The notes under the pieces are model-generated. The model made no database searches, was not told where the DNA came from, and saw nothing but the letters and a program-made list of their open reading frames with translations. The position numbers were made by a program, and so were the translations under genes. Source: Thermoplasmata archaeon (GTDB lineage Archaea; Thermoplasmatota; Thermoplasmata; Thermoplasmatales; Thermoplasmataceae). From it: a stretch of 51,998 nt of DNA. Positions within the stretch are counted from its first letter, which is position 1. Each line of letters opens with the position of its first letter. Shown here piece after piece: positions 47,402-51,998 of this stretch. The stretch spans positions 1 to 51,998 of the forward strand of contig JAKAFX010000001.1 of NCBI GenBank assembly GCA_021817735.1, read 5' to 3'.

Positions 47402-48229
47402 TCAACTGTAAGCTAGCATTGACAGGTATCCGACCGCACTGGAATAATCTCCACTTGTTTCTGCAGAGGTTGTATGGTGAACCAACCTGGTTTTTAGTCT
47501 TCGGGCCCTTGCCAGCATCATGAAAAGTGCAATCGAACCGTAGCCGCATGCACTGACGCCACGCAATAAGAGGGTTCTGTAGAAGCTGTCAATGTCTAGG
47601 CTTTGCACTGTCTTTATTAGTTCTGTATCTTTTTCCCTCACAACGGTATCGCTCTCATAGTGGTCGAGATCAGAACTTGATATCAGCACGTACGGTTCGT
47701 TTATTTCATTCAGCGCCCTGAAGAGCATCATCATCGACTCGAGGGTCTGGGTTCCAAGTGAAAGAGGAACGAATGTGAAGTTATCACCAAACATATACTG
47801 GAGAAACGGTATCTGAACCTCAATGGAATGCTCCGAGAGATGAGCCAACTCATATTCCACAACGTTGTCTGAGTTCTTGAGGATTCCCGCTGCAACCTCA
47901 CGATTTATCTTAGCACTTCCCAGCGGCGTTTCCCAAGTTCCAGAAGACTGGATTGACACCATGTTCGTGGTCCCGTAATGATCCGGTCCTGCGATAATGA
48001 ATGTCCTTGCGTTAGTGTTCCTGAGATATCGGAAGGCCATCATTGCTGTCCTGCCGGAGTAGATATATCCGGCATGAGGAACAATCATTGCAGCAGGGCT
48101 TATCTTGTGCTCCATCTCACCATCCGGGGTGAAGTCTAGCGATCTCAGCACAGCCATTAAGTCTTCCCTGTCTCCAGGGTAGAAGGTTCCTGAGGCACAA
48201 GGCTTGCGTATCCTCTCCTTTTGCATCAT
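47402..48229 (-). CDS. amrB: AmmeMemoRadiSam system protein B (MEMO1 family)
   Basis: RKPCASGTFYP, PHAGYIYSG, GPDH, EHSIEVQIPFLQ, SSDLDHY, ACG, VGY. Start ATG 48226/48229 favoured over 48241. Confidence 0.95.
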   Translation of the reverse strand: MMQKERIRKPCASGTFYPGDREDLMAVLRSLDFTPDGEMEHKISPAAMIVPHAGYIYSGRTAMMAFRYLRNTNARTFIIAGPDHYGTTNMVSIQSSGTWETPLGSAKINREVAAGILKNSDNVVEYELAHLSEHSIEVQIPFLQYMFGDNFTFVPLSLGTQTLESMMMLFRALNEINEPYVLISSSDLDHYESDTVVREKDTELIKTVQSLDIDSFYRTLLLRGVSACGYGSIALFMMLARARRLKTRLVHHTTSAETSGDYSSAVGYLSMLAYS

Positions 48230-48265
48230 GATAAATGCCATATAGTCAGTTTAAATTGTTGAAAG

Positions 48266-48847
48266 TTGAACCTTAATCCTTCTGCAGACGGAATATCAGA
48301 AAGGGAACTCATGTACATCGCCAGAAAGTCAATCGAGTGTTCTGTCGCAGGAAAAAGGTTCATGGTTCCAGAGGAAATCCGCAACCGGAATTCCAGACCA
48401 GCGGGAGTATTTACCACGGTAAAGAAAAACGGGCTTCTGCGTGGCTGTATAGGTTTCATCTATCCGACATACCCGGTTTGGGAAGCAGTTCAGAAATCTG
48501 CAATTCTTAGTGTAACCGAGGATCCAAGATTTCCCCCTGTCCAGTCAGGGGAGGTAGCAGAACTTGGTATAGAAATCACCGTGCTGGGCACCCTGGAACG
48601 GCTTGATCTGTTACAGGGTAGCGGACTAAAGGAAGTATCTATTGGTAAAGATGGCTTATACATTACTGATGGCATAAGATCCGGACTTCTCCTGCCTCAG
48701 GTCGCGACTGAGAACAACCTTGACGAGAGGGAGTTTATAATCGAGACCGCGTACAAGGCAGGCATAGATCCAGGCGATGTGTTTTCTGGAAATGCAGATA
48801 TCTACAGGTTTCCGGCAGTGATTATCGAAGATAATCCATTACCATAA
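48266..48847 (+). CDS. amrA: AmmeMemoRadiSam system protein A (AMMECR1 family)
   Basis: GVFTT, LRGCIG, DPRFPPV, GLLLPQVA, KAG. Confidence 0.95.
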   Translation: MNLNPSADGISERELMYIARKSIECSVAGKRFMVPEEIRNRNSRPAGVFTTVKKNGLLRGCIGFIYPTYPVWEAVQKSAILSVTEDPRFPPVQSGEVAELGIEITVLGTLERLDLLQGSGLKEVSIGKDGLYITDGIRSGLLLPQVATENNLDEREFIIETAYKAGIDPGDVFSGNADIYRFPAVIIEDNPLP

Positions 48848-48881
48848 AAACCAACTATCCCGTATAAAGTATTGGGAGAGA

Positions 48882-49691
48882 TCAGTCCCTGATCTCCCTC
48901 TCTGCCATTATGTATGTCAAAACCACCATCAGGGCTGCAAGAATGGCAAGGGCACCCAGCCAGAGTCCTACGCTTGACCACTGAGAAGAAGTCAGGGAGC
49001 CGTTTATAATTACCATCCTGATAGACTCTGCGGACCAGGAAACCGGGTTGTATGCCGCTATGTCACTAAGCCACGATGCCATGAAATCCTTTGGAAACAT
49101 GGCGTAGCTCACGAATAGCAGCGGAAGGTTGATCAGGTTTACAATCCCGAAGATGGTATTCATCTCCCTCATCCTTATGGCGATCACACTGAAAAGAGAT
49201 GAGAATATCAGCGCAATCAGTATAATTGCAGTAAGAATCACGAGGACATCCACCAAATTGAACCCTCCAGGGAATACCAGCCCATTGGGGATGACTGATG
49301 CTGCCAGGACAAGTATTCCAGCCTGAATGAGGATCCTGATAACCGACGAGAGGACCTTCGAGAATACGATGGAACTTCTGGCAATGGGCGAAGCGAGGAA
49401 TCTCCCCATAGGGCCGAGCCTTCGGTCAAAAATTATATTGGTTCCAGTGAACATTCCAGTAAAGAGTGCAGTTATGGTAAGCACTCCGCCTACGATGAAC
49501 GTAATGTAGTTGGGTGCCCCCTGTAGTAAAAGCGCTGGGTTAAATCCCGGGCCAGCCAGCCTAGTAATATCCATGGCGCTTCCAAAGAGTGCAATCCAGA
49601 AGAATGGCTGTATGAGTCCTGTTAACAGGAATACTGGGTTCCTGTACCACTTCTTGAGGTCGCGCATCAAGAGTGGATAAAGGCCGCTCAT
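48882..49691 (-). CDS. ABC-2 type transporter permease (DrrB-like)
   Basis: LIQPFFWIALFG, DRRLG..GRFLASP, YNPVSW and multiple TM segments. Confidence 0.93.
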   Translation of the reverse strand: MSGLYPLLMRDLKKWYRNPVFLLTGLIQPFFWIALFGSAMDITRLAGPGFNPALLLQGAPNYITFIVGGVLTITALFTGMFTGTNIIFDRRLGPMGRFLASPIARSSIVFSKVLSSVIRILIQAGILVLAASVIPNGLVFPGGFNLVDVLVILTAIILIALIFSSLFSVIAIRMREMNTIFGIVNLINLPLLFVSYAMFPKDFMASWLSDIAAYNPVSWSAESIRMVIINGSLTSSQWSSVGLWLGALAILAALMVVLTYIMAEREIRD

Positions 49692-50698
49692 GTTTTCCTC
49701 ACTCTCCTCATGTTCATCATAGCCTTCATCCTGTCTGATGCCCCCTCCTCCCTAAGGCTCCTGCCAGTGTACTGCAGGAAAACTTCATCCAGGGAAGGTT
49801 TCTGGACCGAAAGTGTTGAAAGTGTAATCCCGTGCTGGAACAGATAAGACAGAAGTTCAGGAAGAGTTTTGTCAGCATTCTCTACCCTAACCTTCAATAC
49901 ACCGTCCTTTGCGTCTATCTTCTCGAGCCCTCCTGGATATTCCAGGAGTTTTTCGGAGTCAGAAGCGGTCCTGAAACCGAATGTAATTATATCTCCCTTT
50001 AGGGAAGCTTTCAACTCAGCAGGAGTACCGGTAACAAGTATTTTCCCATGATCGACAATTGAAACCCTATTGGCAAGCGCATCGATCTCCTCAAGGTAGT
50101 GGCTAGTTAAAATGATGGTCATGCCGTAATCCCTCTTGAGTCCCTTAATATACTCCCACATGGTGGTCCTTGTCTGGACGTCCAGACCAAGGGTGGGTTC
50201 ATCAAGGAAAAGTACCTTTGGTTCATTGATGAGGCCGATTATAAGTTCCAGTCTCTTCCTCATCCCCCCGGAGTACTGCCGTACCTGTCTCGGTGCTGCT
50301 TCCACAAGATCTACCATCCTGAGCAGGCGTTGACTTCTTTCAAGCGCAACTGATTTTGGCACATCATAGAAACTTGCTACCAGGAGCAGATTCTCCAGTC
50401 CGCTGAGGTCTTCATCAGCAGTGAGATCCTGTGGTACAACTCCAATCATTCTCCTTATGTCCATGGAGTGCCTGATTATGTCGAAGCCGGCGACTGTTGC
50501 ATTTCCGCTTGTGGGGGAGAGCCTTGTGGTGAGCATGTTTATGGTCGTTGTCTTTCCAGCTCCGTTTGGTCCAAGAAGTCCGTATACCTCTCCTTCCTCG
50601 ATCTCCAGATTTATTGAATCTACGGCCATGACCCCGCCCTTGTAGATCTTGGTCAGATTTTCGACCTTAATTATGGGCTGCAGATCCACCCCTCCCAA
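49688..50698 (-). CDS. ABC transporter ATP-binding protein (DrrA-like)
   Basis: GPNGAGKTT, YSGGMRKR, LFLDEPT, PSLDEVFLQYTG. Exact start uncertain. Confidence 0.96.
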   Translation of the reverse strand: MGGVDLQPIIKVENLTKIYKGGVMAVDSINLEIEEGEVYGLLGPNGAGKTTTINMLTTRLSPTSGNATVAGFDIIRHSMDIRRMIGVVPQDLTADEDLSGLENLLLVASFYDVPKSVALERSQRLLRMVDLVEAAPRQVRQYSGGMRKRLELIIGLINEPKVLFLDEPTLGLDVQTRTTMWEYIKGLKRDYGMTIILTSHYLEEIDALANRVSIVDHGKILVTGTPAELKASLKGDIITFGFRTASDSEKLLEYPGGLEKIDAKDGVLKVRVENADKTLPELLSYLFQHGITLSTLSVQKPSLDEVFLQYTGRSLREEGASDRMKAMMNMRRVRKT

Positions 50699-51164
50699 GG
50701 AGCCTCTCCAGTCTATCTACTATGTCAGAGACTTCCTTTTGTACTTCCCCGACTTTCTCCTTTTCATCTTCAAGAAGAGTAACGCATGCATCAAGTTCCC
50801 TTATTGTCCTCGACAGTGTGGATTCACGTTTTTCCCCTGTATCCTCAGGTGTCCTGGGAAAAAATTCAGATCTGGCTTTTTCGGTCAAGGTGTACCGCAG
50901 ATCCTGGTTCCTTGAAATCAGTCCCTCCTTCTCAAGGTTTGAGAGAAGTGGGTAGATGGTTCCAGGGCTTGGTCTCCACCAACCCATGGTCTGGGATTCT
51001 ATCTCGTTGATTATCTCCGATCCCTTCATGCCTTTTGATCTCAGCAGCCAGAGAACGTAAAACCTCATGCCTCCATAGCGTCTGAACGCTCTTGAGGGGT
51101 CATCTGACCACATTCTGTGACTTCCATAATGCCTTTCAGTCCTGCGACCAATATCGTCGAACAT
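50667..51164 (-). CDS. PadR-family transcriptional regulator
   Basis: VLWLL...GSEII...WRPSPGTIYPLL..LEKEGLI...YTLTEK. Confidence 0.93.
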   Translation of the reverse strand: MFDDIGRRTERHYGSHRMWSDDPSRAFRRYGGMRFYVLWLLRSKGMKGSEIINEIESQTMGWWRPSPGTIYPLLSNLEKEGLISRNQDLRYTLTEKARSEFFPRTPEDTGEKRESTLSRTIRELDACVTLLEDEKEKVGEVQKEVSDIVDRLERLLGRGGSAAHN

Positions 51165-51198
51165 ATCGAATTAGATATCGGATTCAACTATATTAATA
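51151..51198 (-). promoter_or_regulatory. padR promoter (TATTAATA) with three ATATCG repeats, a candidate operator
   Basis: ATATCG at 51151, 51163 and 51175. TATA at 51191-51198, ~26 nt before ATG 51164. Confidence 0.55.
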
Positions 51199-51303
51199 CG
51201 TACCGTTGCAAGATTAGCTACAGTACAATCATCTGTGCTAAGCAGGATCTGCCGAACTCCGAAGTTCAACTGAAATATGGGGTAATGTGTCCAGTAAACC
51301 GGG

Positions 51304-51998
51304 TTAAATCCAGCGAAACATCTTCCTGTAAAAATGGACGAGAAACTCCGGAATTCGGTCTGCGAATCTTGAATGCTTTACCAGAAACGCAAGAAGGGAA
51401 ACTCCTTGACCAAGAATTTCCGCAAATGGGGAGAATTTTGAGTCCGGATGATGGGCGTAAAGCACAGGGGCTTCAACTATTTTTGCACCCGAACGCTTAA
51501 GGTGAAAAAGGAGCGAAATATCAAAAAACGTGTTTGTGACTCCTACCTTAGCAATTGCCTTCTTGAACAAGTCTGTCCGGATTATCTTGTACCCGGATTG
51601 CGTATCTCTTACTTTCAACGCAAGAGACGCCTGAACAAGAAGGTTGAATCCACGGCTGATAAGTCGCCTGAACGTAGGAATGCTGTTGGAACTCTTGGAG
51701 TATCTTTCCGCTATAACGACGTCATACTTTGACGTCAGTTCCATCAGGGACAAAAACTGATCAGCTGTCACTGCACCATCAGCATCCATGAGAAACGTAA
51801 GCTCCTTTCCAAGCTGATCAGTGACTCTCCTGATAGCTCCTCCTTTACCTGCCCTTTCTGATGACCAGGCAAATCTTATGAAAGGATACTCTTCAGACAT
51901 ATCCTCTACAATCTTCTGTGTCCCGTCATTTCCATCTATCGAAACTATTATCTCGCAATCCAGACCTGTAATCGAGATCAGCCTGCAGAGATCTTCCA
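51304..51998 (-). CDS. GT2 glycosyltransferase (5' end outside the window)
   Basis: Frame is open to the window end (EIIVSIDGNDGT), then GKGGAI, MDADG, DTQSGYK. Confidence 0.92.
   Translation of the reverse strand, partial: EDLCRLISITGLDCEIIVSIDGNDGTQKIVEDMSEEYPFIRFAWSSERAGKGGAIRRVTDQLGKELTFLMDADGAVTADQFLSLMELTSKYDVVIAERYSKSSNSIPTFRRLISRGFNLLVQASLALKVRDTQSGYKIIRTDLFKKAIAKVGVTNTFFDISLLFHLKRSGAKIVEAPVLYAHHPDSKFSPFAEILGQGVSLLAFLVKHSRFADRIPEFLVHFYRKMFRWI

Noticed and set aside
1..51998. CRISPR array, rRNA, SRP or RNase P RNA, IS elements
   Set aside because: No regularly spaced repeats, RNA signatures or transposase motifs were seen. Short or degenerate elements could be missed by eye.

Overview
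Gene-dense archaeal chromosome segment, most consistent with Thermoplasmatales. The basis is the joint presence of DNA gyrase, thermosome alpha, TFB, split GMP synthase, double-length ThyX, thermopsin-type-repeat surface proteins and leaderless TATA promoters. Housekeeping genes: gyrBA, gltX, NOG1 GTPase, tfb, guaAA, gdhA, citrate synthase, sucCD, argF, thsA, thyX, tRNA-Gly(CCC) and tRNA-His(GTG). Cell-surface glycosylation genes: gmhA, an SDR epimerase, hddA, gmhB, several GT2 enzymes, GtrA proteins and two large sequon-rich surface proteins. There are also two ABC-2 exporters. The most notable accessory block is about 41.8-48.8 kb: an unexplained ~870 bp gap, a membrane protein, a vWA + PP2C phosphatase + atypical Ser/Thr kinase triad (TerY-P-like, but with the kinase convergent and carrying an N-terminal beta-rich domain), and a complete AmmeMemoRadiSam (amrS/amrB/amrA) trio. 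Other oddities are a HerA/VirD4-like ATPase with a C-terminal PD-(D/E)xK-like domain, a stand-alone CADD/PqqC-like diiron oxidase, two distant paralogues of an unknown family and a candidate PadR operator. No CRISPR array, rRNA, transposase or integrase was seen. All calls come from reading motifs by eye; no searches were run.
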